Program-made: the position numbers and the translations under genes
The notes under the pieces: generated by a model
Database searches by the model: none
What the model was told of the DNA's origin: nothing
Seen by the model: only the letters and a program-made list of their open reading frames with translations
Source of the DNA: Thermoleophilum album
GTDB lineage: Bacteria > Actinomycetota > Thermoleophilia > Solirubrobacterales > Thermoleophilaceae
Length of the DNA stretch: 24,000 bases
Direction of reading: 5' to 3'
NCBI RefSeq assembly: GCF_028867705.1
Contig: NZ_CP066171.1
Location: 1,996,245 to 2,020,244 of the forward strand
Shown here: positions 1 through 9,486 of the stretch, piece after piece
Position numbering within the stretch: position 1 is the first letter of the stretch
Layout of the letters: the number at the start of each line of letters is the position of its first letter

Positions 1-110
1 TGCTCGGGTGCTACCACCCCAGCCAACAAAACGTCTTCACCGGCCGGCTGACCGAGGAGATGATCGACGGGGTGCTCGCTCGCGCGGTCGAAACCGCCGG
101 GCTCCGCTAG
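1..110 (+). CDS. 3' end of a gene entering from upstream (partial); the tail resembles C-termini of the uracil-DNA glycosylase superfamily (family 4/5, UdgB-like)
   Basis: Reading from nt 3 gives [35 protein letters not shown], then TAG at 108-110. The HPS-xQN-xxTGxLT segment matches my memory of UDG-superfamily motif-B tails. Only 35 codons are visible, so the family call is tentative. Confidence 0.35.
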   Translation, partial: LGCYHPSQQNVFTGRLTEEMIDGVLARAVETAGLR

Positions 111-150
111 CCGTCCCGGCCGCCCTCCCCCCGGCTACCCTCGCCGGACG

Positions 151-3100
151 GTGGGCTCCGATCCCCTGGCAGTGCTGAGCGCTCCCGTCGCCGACTGGTT
201 TCGCCAAGCGTTCGAGCGCCCGACACGCGCCCAGGAGCTCGCCTGGCCGGCGATTGCAGCGGGAGAGCACGTGCTGGTCTCGGCACCGACCGGGTCGGGC
301 AAAACGCTGGCCGCCTTTCTTTGCGGCATCGACCGGCTAGTGCGCGAACTCGGCAGTGACGATCGAGCGCGCGCCGACGCCGACCCTCTCGCTGAGCAAC
401 GAGGCGAGGGCGTGCGCATCGTTTACGTCTCGCCGCTGAAAGCGCTCTCGTACGACGTCGAGCGAAACCTGCGCACACCGTTGCGCGGAATCGCAGCGCG
501 ACCGGGCGGCGAAGCGGCCGCGGCGATCCGCGTCGGCTTGCGGACCGGCGACACCCCGCAGCGCGAGCGGCGCGCGATGTTGCGACACCCGCCGCACATC
601 CTGATCACCACCCCCGAGTCGCTGTATCTGATGTTGACCTCGCAGGCGCGCGAGCTGTTCGCGACCTGCGAGTGCGTGATCGTCGACGAGGTGCACGCTC
701 TCGCCCCGAGCAAGCGCGGGGCGCACCTGGCGATCACGCTCGAACGTCTCGAGGCTGCGGCCGGCCGAGCGCTCCAACGCATCGGGCTGTCGGCGACGGC
801 CTCGCCACTCGAGGAGGTCGGCCGCTTCCTAGTTGGCTCGGGACGCAGCTGCCGCGTGCTCGACGCCGGAGAAAAGCCGCGGCTCGATCTCGAGATCTGC
901 GTACCGGTCGAGGACATGACCGATCCCGACAGCGGCGCCGAGCTCGCCCCCACCACCGACGGCGCCGGCATCCAGCGGTCGATCTGGCCGGCGATCTACC
1001 CGGCGCTGCTCGAGCTCGTCGAGCGCCACCGCTCGACGATCGTCTTCGTGAACAACCGCCGCGGCGCCGAGCGGCTCGCGATGCGCCTCAACGAGCTCGC
1101 CTCCGAACAAGCGGGCAAGCCGCTCGTGGTCGCTCGCGCCCACCACGGCTCGCTCTCCCGCGAGGAACGCAACAACGTTGAGGAGCTTTTGAAGGCGGGC
1201 GAGATCCCGTGCATCGTTGCCACCTCTTCGCTCGAACTCGGCATCGACATGGGGGCGGTCGACCTCGTGGTGCAGGTCGAGTCGCCCAAGTCCGTCGCCA
1301 CCGGCCTTCAACGCGTTGGGCGGGCCGGTCACGGCGTGGGTGAGGTCTCGAAAGGGCGTGTGTTCCCGAAGTTCCGCGCCGACCTTCTGGAAGCAACGGT
1401 GGTGTCCCAGCGGATGCGCGAGGGTGCGATCGAACAGATCCGCGTTCCCCGCAATCCGCTCGACGTGCTCTGCCAGCAGATCGTCGCGATCGCCGCCAGC
1501 GAAGAAGAGGTGTCGGTAGCCGAGCTGCACGCGCTCGTTCGTCGCGCCTGGCCGTTCGCCGAGCTCTCGCGCGAGCTGCTGTGCGAGGTGCTCGACATGC
1601 TCGACGGGCGCTACCCCTCGGAACAGTTCGCCGAGCTGCGCCCGCGGATCGTCTGGGACCGCGTCGCCGACACGATCCGCCCTCGCAAAGGGGCCCGGCA
1701 ACTGGCGACGGTCAACGCCGGGACGATTCCCGACCGTGGCCTTTACGGCGTGCACCTACCCGACGGGCGCCGTGTCGGCGAGCTCGACGAGGAGATGGCG
1801 TACGAAGCGCGCCCCGGTCAGACCTTTCTGCTCGGTGCGACCACCTGGCGAATCGAAGAGATCACCCACGATCGGGTGATCGTCACGCCGGCGCCCGGTC
1901 TGCCCGGGATAGTTCCCTTCTGGCGCGGCGAGGGCGCCGAGCGACCGAGCGAGCTGGGGCGTGCGATCGGCGAGTTCGTCCGCCAAGCGGCCGACGCCGA
2001 TCCGGCCGCGCTCGCGCGCCGCTTCCACCTCGACGAGCGCGCGGCGCGCAACCTCGTCGCCTACTTGCGCGAGCAACGTGCTGCGACCGGCACCCTGCCG
2101 TCCGACCGCGCCGTGGTCGTCGAGCGCTTCCGGGACGAGATCGGCGACTGGCGGTTGTGCGTGCTCTCCCCCTGGGGCGGGCGCGTGCACGCAGCGTGGG
2201 CGCTAGCGATCTCGGCACGGGTGCGCGACGAGCTCGGCATCGAGTGCGACGCGATCTGGTCGGACGACGGCGTCGTACTGCACCTGCCCGACGCCGAAGA
2301 GCCGCCGCGCGGTGAGATCGCGCTCGTCGACCCCGACGCCCTTGAGGATCTCGTCGTCCGCGAGCTGCGCGGCTCGGCGCTGTTCGGCGCCCGCTTCCGC
2401 GAGAACGCCGCCCGCGCGCTGCTCCTGCCGAAAACGCGTCCGGGCCGGCGAACGCCGCTGTGGCAGCAGCGACTGAAAGCGCAGTCGCTGCTCGAAGTGG
2501 CGGGCCGCTATCCGCGCTTTCCGATCGTGCTCGAGACCTACCGCGAGTGCTTGCGCGACGTGCTCGACCTACCGGCACTGGAGAAACTGTTGCGCTCGAT
2601 CGCAAGCGGCGAGGTGGCGTTCGTCGAGGTCGAAACCGATCGCGCTTCGCCGTTCGCGTCGTCGCTGCTTTTCGACTACGTCGCGACGTACATGTACGAG
2701 GGCGACACGCCCAACGCCGAACGGCGTGCCGCAGCCCTCGCTCTCGACCGCGATCTCTTGCGCGAGCTGCTCGGACAGGAGGAGCTGCGCGAGCTTCTCG
2801 ACGCCGACGCTATCGCCGAGGTCGAAGCCGAGCTCCAGCACACGCACGAGCGCCGGCGCGCGGCCAACGCCGACGAGCTGATCGACGTGCTGCGCGCCGT
2901 CGGCGACCTGACCGCGAGCGAGATCGCGCTGCGCTGCGTGGGGGTCGTATCGCCCCGCGCGCTCCTTGCCGAGCTCGAGCGCAAACGGCGCATCGCTCGC
3001 GTGCGTATCGCCGGCGAAGAGCGGATCATCGCCGCCGACGAGGCAGGGCTCTACCGCGACGCCTTCGGCTGCGCGCCGCCAGCCGGGCTTCCCGAGCGCT

Positions 3101-4614
3101 TCCTCGCTGACGAGCCCGAAGCTCGGCTGCGGGTCGTACGGCGCTTCGCACGCACACGCGGTCCGTTCACGACCGAGCAGGCCAACGCCCGCTTCGGGGT
3201 CGACGTCACACCGGAGTTGCGCGAGCTCGAGCGCCGCGGCGAGCTCTTGCGCGGCGAGCTACGCCCTGCCGGCAGCGAGCGCGAGTGGTGCTGCCCCGAG
3301 GTGCTGCGCCGCTTGCGCCGGGCGTCGCTGGCGCGGCTGCGACGCGAGCTCGAGCCGGTCGAGCACGCGACCTACGCGCGCTTCTTGGCGAACTGGCAGG
3401 GCGCGACAGGCGCACCCACAGGCGGCGGTGTGGCAGCGCTGCGCGACCAACTGATCGCACTCCAGGCGCTGCCACTCGCCGTCGAGAGCTGGGAGCGCGA
3501 TGTTTTTCCGCGCCGCCTCCGCGCCTACTCGCCGACCTGGCTCGACGAGCTTCTGGCGAGCGGCGAGGTGGTGTGGGTCGGCGCCGGGCGGCTCGGTCGC
3601 AGCGGCAGGGTGGCGTTCCTCTTTCGCGAGGACGCGCGCCTGCTCGGGCCGCTGCCCGGTGCGGGACCGCGGCCCGAGGGACCGGTGCACGACGCCCTGC
3701 GCGCAGCGCTCGCGCAGGGAGCGCGGTTCTGGTTCGAGATCGGGGAGGAACTGTCGGGCTTCGCGGCCGAGGAGCTCGAAGCCGCGCTGTGGGAACTCGT
3801 CTGGGCGGGCGAGGTCACGAACGACTCGTTCGCGCCGCTGCGCGCTGGCCGTGGTGCCGGCAGCGAACGGCGCGCCCAGGTGCGGCGCGGTACGCGCTTC
3901 GCACGTCGCCGGCGTGGTCCCGCGCCCCACCTCGTCGGCCGCTGGTCGCTGACCGCGCCGCTTTTCCGCAGCGCGCCGGCGTTCGGGCCCAGGATGCGCG
4001 CACTCGCCGAGCTGTTGCTCGAGCGCTACGGCGTCGTAACGCGCGAAACTGCACGCAGCGAGAGCGTGCCCGGCGGTTTCGCCGCCCTCTACGGCGAACT
4101 ACAGAAGCTCGAAGTGCTCGGCATCGCCCAGCGCGGCTACTTCGTCGAAGGGCTCGGCGGCGTGCAGTTCGCACTGCCGAGCGCAGTCGACCGGCTGCGC
4201 TCACAGCGCGACGACCCCGAAGAGGCGCCGCTCGTCATCGCCGCTACCGATCCCGCCCAGCCCTACGGGTCGGTGCTGCCTTGGCCGCAGCGCGAGGACG
4301 GTCGCCGCCCGCAACGCGTGGCGGGCGCGTACGTCGTGCTCGACCACGGACAGCCGACTCTCTACGTCGAACGGGGCGGGCGCGCCCTTGTGACGCTGGC
4401 TGGCGAACCCTTCGGCGACGACGGCGCTCCAGCCCCCTGGCTCGTGCGCGCGCTGCAAGCGCTCGCACAAGCTGCGAGCGAGGGGCGGTGCGGGCGGCTG
4501 GCGCTCGAACGCATCGACGGTGAGCCCCTGGCGGGCTCGCCGCTCGAGGCGATGCTTGTCGAGCTCGGCTTCCGCCGGGGACCGAAGCGGCTCGTGGCGG
4601 GCGCCGGAACCTGA
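151..4614 (+). CDS. lhr: ATP-dependent SF2 helicase Lhr, full-length form with the long C-terminal extension
   Basis: 1487-aa ORF with a GTG start at 151. It has Walker A APTGSGKT, a DEVH box (VIVDEVHAL), SAT (GLSATA) and motif VI QRVGRAGH. About 600 aa follow the helicase/WH core, as in ~1500-aa Lhr proteins. Third-position GC is high throughout. Confidence 0.9.
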   Translation: MGSDPLAVLSAPVADWFRQAFERPTRAQELAWPAIAAGEHVLVSAPTGSGKTLAAFLCGIDRLVRELGSDDRARADADPLAEQRGEGVRIVYVSPLKALSYDVERNLRTPLRGIAARPGGEAAAAIRVGLRTGDTPQRERRAMLRHPPHILITTPESLYLMLTSQARELFATCECVIVDEVHALAPSKRGAHLAITLERLEAAAGRALQRIGLSATASPLEEVGRFLVGSGRSCRVLDAGEKPRLDLEICVPVEDMTDPDSGAELAPTTDGAGIQRSIWPAIYPALLELVERHRSTIVFVNNRRGAERLAMRLNELASEQAGKPLVVARAHHGSLSREERNNVEELLKAGEIPCIVATSSLELGIDMGAVDLVVQVESPKSVATGLQRVGRAGHGVGEVSKGRVFPKFRADLLEATVVSQRMREGAIEQIRVPRNPLDVLCQQIVAIAASEEEVSVAELHALVRRAWPFAELSRELLCEVLDMLDGRYPSEQFAELRPRIVWDRVADTIRPRKGARQLATVNAGTIPDRGLYGVHLPDGRRVGELDEEMAYEARPGQTFLLGATTWRIEEITHDRVIVTPAPGLPGIVPFWRGEGAERPSELGRAIGEFVRQAADADPAALARRFHLDERAARNLVAYLREQRAATGTLPSDRAVVVERFRDEIGDWRLCVLSPWGGRVHAAWALAISARVRDELGIECDAIWSDDGVVLHLPDAEEPPRGEIALVDPDALEDLVVRELRGSALFGARFRENAARALLLPKTRPGRRTPLWQQRLKAQSLLEVAGRYPRFPIVLETYRECLRDVLDLPALEKLLRSIASGEVAFVEVETDRASPFASSLLFDYVATYMYEGDTPNAERRAAALALDRDLLRELLGQEELRELLDADAIAEVEAELQHTHERRRAANADELIDVLRAVGDLTASEIALRCVGVVSPRALLAELERKRRIARVRIAGEERIIAADEAGLYRDAFGCAPPAGLPERFLADEPEARLRVVRRFARTRGPFTTEQANARFGVDVTPELRELERRGELLRGELRPAGSEREWCCPEVLRRLRRASLARLRRELEPVEHATYARFLANWQGATGAPTGGGVAALRDQLIALQALPLAVESWERDVFPRRLRAYSPTWLDELLASGEVVWVGAGRLGRSGRVAFLFREDARLLGPLPGAGPRPEGPVHDALRAALAQGARFWFEIGEELSGFAAEELEAALWELVWAGEVTNDSFAPLRAGRGAGSERRAQVRRGTRFARRRRGPAPHLVGRWSLTAPLFRSAPAFGPRMRALAELLLERYGVVTRETARSESVPGGFAALYGELQKLEVLGIAQRGYFVEGLGGVQFALPSAVDRLRSQRDDPEEAPLVIAATDPAQPYGSVLPWPQREDGRRPQRVAGAYVVLDHGQPTLYVERGGRALVTLAGEPFGDDGAPAPWLVRALQALAQAASEGRCGRLALERIDGEPLAGSPLEAMLVELGFRRGPKRLVAGAGT

Positions 4615-4640
4615 CGGTTCGGACCGCCCGACGACACCGC

Positions 4641-5450
4641 TCAGCGCGCTGGCACCCAGCGGAAGCGCCGCGCTGCCACTACGACCGCCACGGCACCCCA
4701 CGCGGTCACTACCGCCAGGTGGCCGAGCGGCAACTGCACGCCGTGCGCGCCCGGTTCGAACGGTCCGAGCAGCACCTCGAAGAGGTGCTCGAGAGGGAGA
4801 ACCTCGCCGATCGTGCGCAGCCAGCCTGGCGCCTGCGAGGTGTCGAAAAAAAGGCCCGAGACGAAATACAGTGGCAGCGCTACGGCGTTGGCGATCGCCG
4901 GAGCCGAGTTCTCGTTGGGGATCGCCGTCGACAGGGCCAAGCCCATCGCGCTGAACGCGGCAGCACCGAAAACGACGCCGATCGCGACGGTGACGAGCGG
5001 CAGCCCGGGCACGGCGACGCCATAGAAGACCGCGCCGAACGCGATCACGGCGGCGACGATCATTACTGCGAGGGCGCACGCTGCCAAGACCTCGCCGAGC
5101 ACGAACGCCACCGGCGGCAACGGCGTACCGCGCAAACGCTTGAGAAACCCGCGCTCGCGTCGCACCACGACGCTGATCGCGAGGTTCATGAACGTCGTCG
5201 ACACGATCGCCAGCGCGGCGATCGCCGGCACGTAATAGGTGGCGAGGTCGATCCCGCGCGAGTCGATGCGAGCGTCGCCGAAGATCGCGCTAAACAGCAC
5301 CAGAAAGATGAGCGGCAGCAGCACCGAGAAGAACACCGCCGGCGGGTTGCGGCGGAAAGAACGCAGCGCGAACCCCGCCTGTGCCACCACGAGCGGTAGC
5401 AGCGGTGGCAGCTGACGCTCGTCGGCGGCGCTGCTCGCGGGCGCGCGCAC
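4641..5450 (-). CDS. ABC-2 type transporter permease (DrrB-like exporter membrane subunit)
   Basis: 269-aa ORF with about six hydrophobic segments and an ABC-2 permease-like layout. The GTG start at 5450 lies 1 nt downstream of the TGA (5452-5454) of the preceding ATPase gene, which suggests translational coupling. Confidence 0.85.
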   Translation of the reverse strand: MRAPASSAADERQLPPLLPLVVAQAGFALRSFRRNPPAVFFSVLLPLIFLVLFSAIFGDARIDSRGIDLATYYVPAIAALAIVSTTFMNLAISVVVRRERGFLKRLRGTPLPPVAFVLGEVLAACALAVMIVAAVIAFGAVFYGVAVPGLPLVTVAIGVVFGAAAFSAMGLALSTAIPNENSAPAIANAVALPLYFVSGLFFDTSQAPGWLRTIGEVLPLEHLFEVLLGPFEPGAHGVQLPLGHLAVVTAWGAVAVVVAARRFRWVPAR

Positions 5451-5451
5451 C

Positions 5452-6399
<948 letters not shown>

Positions 6400-6478
6400 C
6401 GTGCTCGCACCGGCCTCGGCCGCCGAGATGCGCGGCCACAAGCAGCGGGGGCGGCGGTCGACTCCCTACCATCGGTCC

Positions 6479-7450
6479 ATGCCCGAGGGCGACACGATCC
6501 GCCTTGCGGCTAGCCGTATCGCGCGCGTCTTGGCCGGTCGCGAGGTGGTCGACGCGCGCGCTCCGCGGGCGCGCGACCCCTCGCTGCGCTCGGTGCGCAC
6601 GCTCGTCGGCCGTCGCTGCACCGGTGTGCACAGCCACGGTAAGCACCTGCTCGTCGAGTTCGAAGGCGGTCTCGTGCTGCACTCGCATCTGCGGATGAGC
6701 GGGAGCTGGGTGGTGACGGAGCGCGTCGCTGCTGACGCTGGCGCACGCACGGGGCCGAGCACAGGCCGGCGGCGAGAGACGACCAGCCGGTTGTGGCTCG
6801 AACTGCTCACCGACACGCACGCAGTGCGTCAGTACGGCGGTCCGGTGCTCGAGCTGCGCTCCAGCGCCGGTGCTGCGCTCGCGCTGGCGCGTGTCGGGCT
6901 CGGTCCCGACATCCTCGCCGCCGATTTCGACCTGGAGGCTGCGGTCGTAAGGCTGGCGGCGCTCGACCGTCGGCTCGCAATCGCCGACGCTTTGCTCGAC
7001 CAGCGGGCGCTTTCAGGGATCGGCAACATCTGGCGGTCCGAGGCTTGCTTCGCTAGCGGGATCGATCCCTTCACACCGATCGGCGCATTGACACGCGATG
7101 ACCTACGAACCCTCGTCGGCCGCGCGCGCGAGCTGATGCTCGCGGCTGTCGCGACCGGCAGTACCAGGCCCCGCCCGGTGCAGGTGTACGGCCGCGCTGG
7201 CCGTCCGTGCCGGGTGTGCGGAACGGCCATTTCCGCGCGCCGAAGCAGCGAGCAGGGACGCACGATCTACTGGTGTCCGCGCTGCCAGCGCCGCGACGCA
7301 CGTCCCGCGTACGCAGCCACCGCCGGCGCTGAGCCCGTACCTGGCTACGCGCTCCACTCCGCCGCGCTCCCGACCGAAGGTGCCGCGACGGCAGACACGC
7401 GCGGAAGGAAACGCACCGAGCAGCCGACTTCATTGTCGAGAAGACGATGA
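6479..7450 (+). CDS. nei: Fpg/Nei-family DNA glycosylase/AP lyase, Nei2 (endonuclease VIII-2) type
   Basis: The true start is the internal ATG at 6479, giving MPEGDTIRL (catalytic Pro2/Glu3, as in mycobacterial Nei2 MPEGDTV...). It has an H2TH region (LLDQRALSGIGNIWRSEACF) and a C-terminal zinc finger (CRVCG...CPRCQ), followed by a 53-aa low-complexity tail. The upstream part of ORF 6242-6478 overlaps the ABC ATPase gene and is rejected. Confidence 0.85.
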   Translation: MPEGDTIRLAASRIARVLAGREVVDARAPRARDPSLRSVRTLVGRRCTGVHSHGKHLLVEFEGGLVLHSHLRMSGSWVVTERVAADAGARTGPSTGRRRETTSRLWLELLTDTHAVRQYGGPVLELRSSAGAALALARVGLGPDILAADFDLEAAVVRLAALDRRLAIADALLDQRALSGIGNIWRSEACFASGIDPFTPIGALTRDDLRTLVGRARELMLAAVATGSTRPRPVQVYGRAGRPCRVCGTAISARRSSEQGRTIYWCPRCQRRDARPAYAATAGAEPVPGYALHSAALPTEGAATADTRGRKRTEQPTSLSRRR

Positions 7451-8172
7451 GCACGGCGTTCAAACGGGTCGGGCACAAGGGTGCCGCCGCGCACGCAGCC
7501 CCCGGCAACACGATCGCGAGTTTCGAGGCGGCGCTCGCGCTCGGTGTCGACATGATCGAGTTCGACGTCCTTCGCGATCGACGTGGCCGTCTCGTCCTCG
7601 CCCACGACGCGCACGACCTGGCCGCTCGCGAGCCGCTGACGCTCGACGCCGCGCTCGACCACCTGGCCGACGCTCGCTACGCAGGGATCGAGCTCGACGT
7701 CGACCTCAAGTTGCCTGGCTATGAACGCGAGGTCTTGGCGGCTGTCCGCGAGCGGGGGTTGCTAGAGCGCACGCTCTTCTCGAGCACCTGGCCGGAGTCG
7801 TTGCGCGCGCTTGCCGCAGCGGCTCCGGGTGCGCGGCGCGGCCTCTCGGTACCGCGCGTGCGCCGCGACTACACGAAGACGGTGCTGGCAGTACCCGCCT
7901 ACGCCGTGGTCCAGTGGTGGCGCCGCCGCCTGCCGGCGCGAGCGGCGCGTGCGCTCGCGGCGGGTCTCTGTCACGCCCTGATGGTGCACCGCCTGCTCGT
8001 CGGCCGACGCCTGGTCGAGAGCGTGCGAGCTGCGGGTGGTGAGCTGTACGTGTGGACTGTCGACAGCGCCGCCGAGATCGTCCGCTTCGCCGAGCTCGGA
8101 GTGGACGGCGTGATCACCAACGACCCGGCTCTTTTCGCGACACTCGCTCCCGCCGCCGAGCACGCCCCCTAG
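7447..8172 (+). CDS. glycerophosphodiester phosphodiesterase (GDPD) family protein, atypical active-site variant
   Basis: VGHKGAAAHAPGNTIASFEAALALGVDMIEFDVLRDRRGRLVLAHD and a C-terminal VWTVDSAAEIVRFAELGVDGVITNDP match the GDPD TIM-barrel pattern. The ATG at 7447 overlaps the nei TGA (7448-7450) as ATGA. Confidence 0.8.
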   Translation: MSTAFKRVGHKGAAAHAAPGNTIASFEAALALGVDMIEFDVLRDRRGRLVLAHDAHDLAAREPLTLDAALDHLADARYAGIELDVDLKLPGYEREVLAAVRERGLLERTLFSSTWPESLRALAAAAPGARRGLSVPRVRRDYTKTVLAVPAYAVVQWWRRRLPARAARALAAGLCHALMVHRLLVGRRLVESVRAAGGELYVWTVDSAAEIVRFAELGVDGVITNDPALFATLAPAAEHAP

Positions 8173-8177
8173 CGCGC

Positions 8178-8199
8178 AGCGACCGCTCGCACGGTCGCT
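8178..8199. promoter_or_regulatory. perfect 8-6-8 inverted repeat AGCGACCG-ctcgca-CGGTCGCT; candidate operator upstream of the Crp-family gene, or a U-tail-less terminator of the GDPD gene
   Basis: Read directly from the sequence. It starts 6 nt after the GDPD stop (TAG 8170-8172) and ends 36 nt before the GTG at 8235. No T-run follows it. Confidence 0.4.
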
Positions 8200-8234
8200 A
8201 GGGTCGGGCTTCGAGCCGAGGGAGGAGCCACCTG

Positions 8235-8948
8235 GTGGAGCCGACGCGCAAATCGCTCACAGTCGCGCCCGAGGAGGCAGCGGAGCTCCTCCGCGGCACC
8301 TTCTACTTCGCGGCGCTCGACGAGGGACAGCTGCGCGAGCTCGCAGCGGTGGCCGTCCCGCGCAGCTGGGAGCGCGGCGAGGTGATTTTCCGCGAGGGCG
8401 ACAGCGGCGACACCTGCTACGTCGTGCGTTCGGGTGCGGTGCTGCTCACCCGCCACCGTCACGGCCGCGCGCTGGCGATCGCCGAGCTGCGGCGCGGCCA
8501 GGTTTTCGGCGAACTCGCGCTGTTCCGTGGCGAGCGGCGCTCCGCGACCGCCGAGACGCTTGAGCCAACGACGGCGCTCGCCTTGCTCGCTGGCGACGTC
8601 GAGCGGCTGATCCGTGCCGATACGTCGATCGCGATGCGCATGCTCGCGGCGATGGCGGAGCGCGTCAGCGCCACCACCGATCGCCTCGTGCAGCAGTCTT
8701 TCCAGACCGTCCCCGGTCGCGTTGCGGCGACGCTGCTCGCGCAAGTGACTGCGCGGCAGCGAGAGGGCGCTCCCGACCGCGACGTCGAGGTGCTCGCCAC
8801 GCAAGCCGAAATCGCCGGACTGGCCGGCACGACACGCGAAAGCGCCAGTCGCTTCCTGCAGTCGCTCGCCCGTGACGGCGTCGTAACGCTGCGGCGAGGG
8901 CGCGTGATCGTCCACACACCTGAGCGGCTGCGTGCCTACATCGCGTAA
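8235..8948 (+). CDS. Crp/Fnr family transcriptional regulator (cNMP-binding domain + C-terminal HTH)
   Basis: cNMP-binding signatures FGELALFRGERRSATAET. HTH region EIAGLAGTTRESASRFLQSLARDGVV. GTG start at 8235 preceded by GGAGGAG at 8221-8227. Confidence 0.9.
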   Translation: MEPTRKSLTVAPEEAAELLRGTFYFAALDEGQLRELAAVAVPRSWERGEVIFREGDSGDTCYVVRSGAVLLTRHRHGRALAIAELRRGQVFGELALFRGERRSATAETLEPTTALALLAGDVERLIRADTSIAMRMLAAMAERVSATTDRLVQQSFQTVPGRVAATLLAQVTARQREGAPDRDVEVLATQAEIAGLAGTTRESASRFLQSLARDGVVTLRRGRVIVHTPERLRAYIA

Positions 8949-9017
8949 ATGCCGTAGTAAGGATCCTGATCGTCGGGGCATCCCGGCAAGGCCCGTGGCC
9001 GATGGAAGCGAGCGACG

Positions 9018-9476
9018 ATGACCCGCACCCACAGCGACTGCGATGAGTTCTCGGCCGGCGGTGTTGTCGTCCGCCACTTCCGCGGTCGACCTTTCATCTG
9101 TGCGGTCGAGCCGCGCGCCGGGGTCCTGGCCCTGCCCAAGGGCCACGTCGAGCCGGGCGAGACGCCACTCGAGGCGGCGGTGCGCGAGGTGCGCGAAGAA
9201 ACGGGACTCAGCGTCGAGCCGCTCGAGGAGATCGGCGACACGCGCTACTGGTATACGCGCGGCGGGCGCAAGGTGTCGAAACGAGTCGTGTTTTTCCTCT
9301 GTCGCTACCGGTCGGGCGCGCTGCGCGACTACGACCGCAGCGAGGTCCTCGGTGCGCAGTGGCTACCGCTCGACGAGGCGCCCGAGCGTTTGTCCTATCC
9401 CGGCGAGCGCAAGATCGCCGCGCGCGCCCGCGAGTTGGTGGCACGGCAGTGGCCGCAGGAGCCGTGCGGGCGGTAG
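9018..9476 (+). CDS. Nudix hydrolase
   Basis: Complete Nudix box GHVEPGETPLEAAVREVREETGL (Gx5Ex7REUxEExGU). ATG start at 9018. Confidence 0.9.
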   Translation: MTRTHSDCDEFSAGGVVVRHFRGRPFICAVEPRAGVLALPKGHVEPGETPLEAAVREVREETGLSVEPLEEIGDTRYWYTRGGRKVSKRVVFFLCRYRSGALRDYDRSEVLGAQWLPLDEAPERLSYPGERKIAARARELVARQWPQEPCGR

Positions 9477-9486
9477 GCTGCCGCGC

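Noticed and set aside
1-150. LexA SOS box (GAAC-N4-GTTC type) or PafBC/RecA-independent promoter motif (TGTCGGTG-N8-TAnnnT) upstream of lhr, nei2 (6400-6478) and the helicase-nuclease (18047-18068)
   Set aside because: No acceptable match was seen in any of the three upstream regions. The nearest, GGTCGACT near 6457, has the wrong spacing to the TACCAT hexamer. Damage-inducibility therefore cannot be claimed from the sequence.
4846-4852. A7 homopolymer (T7 on the coding strand, Leu-Phe-Phe codons of the permease), and a C7 run at 18263-18269 inside the P-loop codons of the helicase-nuclease, considered as slippage or phase-variation tracts
   Set aside because: Both are in frame in intact ORFs. 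Seven-nt runs are too short to argue for programmed phase variation without population data.
9043-9486. Upstream part of the 280-aa ORF overlapping the Nudix gene
   Set aside because: It is out of frame with a gene bearing a perfect Nudix box and has an Arg/Ser-rich composition. ASCH homology begins at the GTG at 9487.
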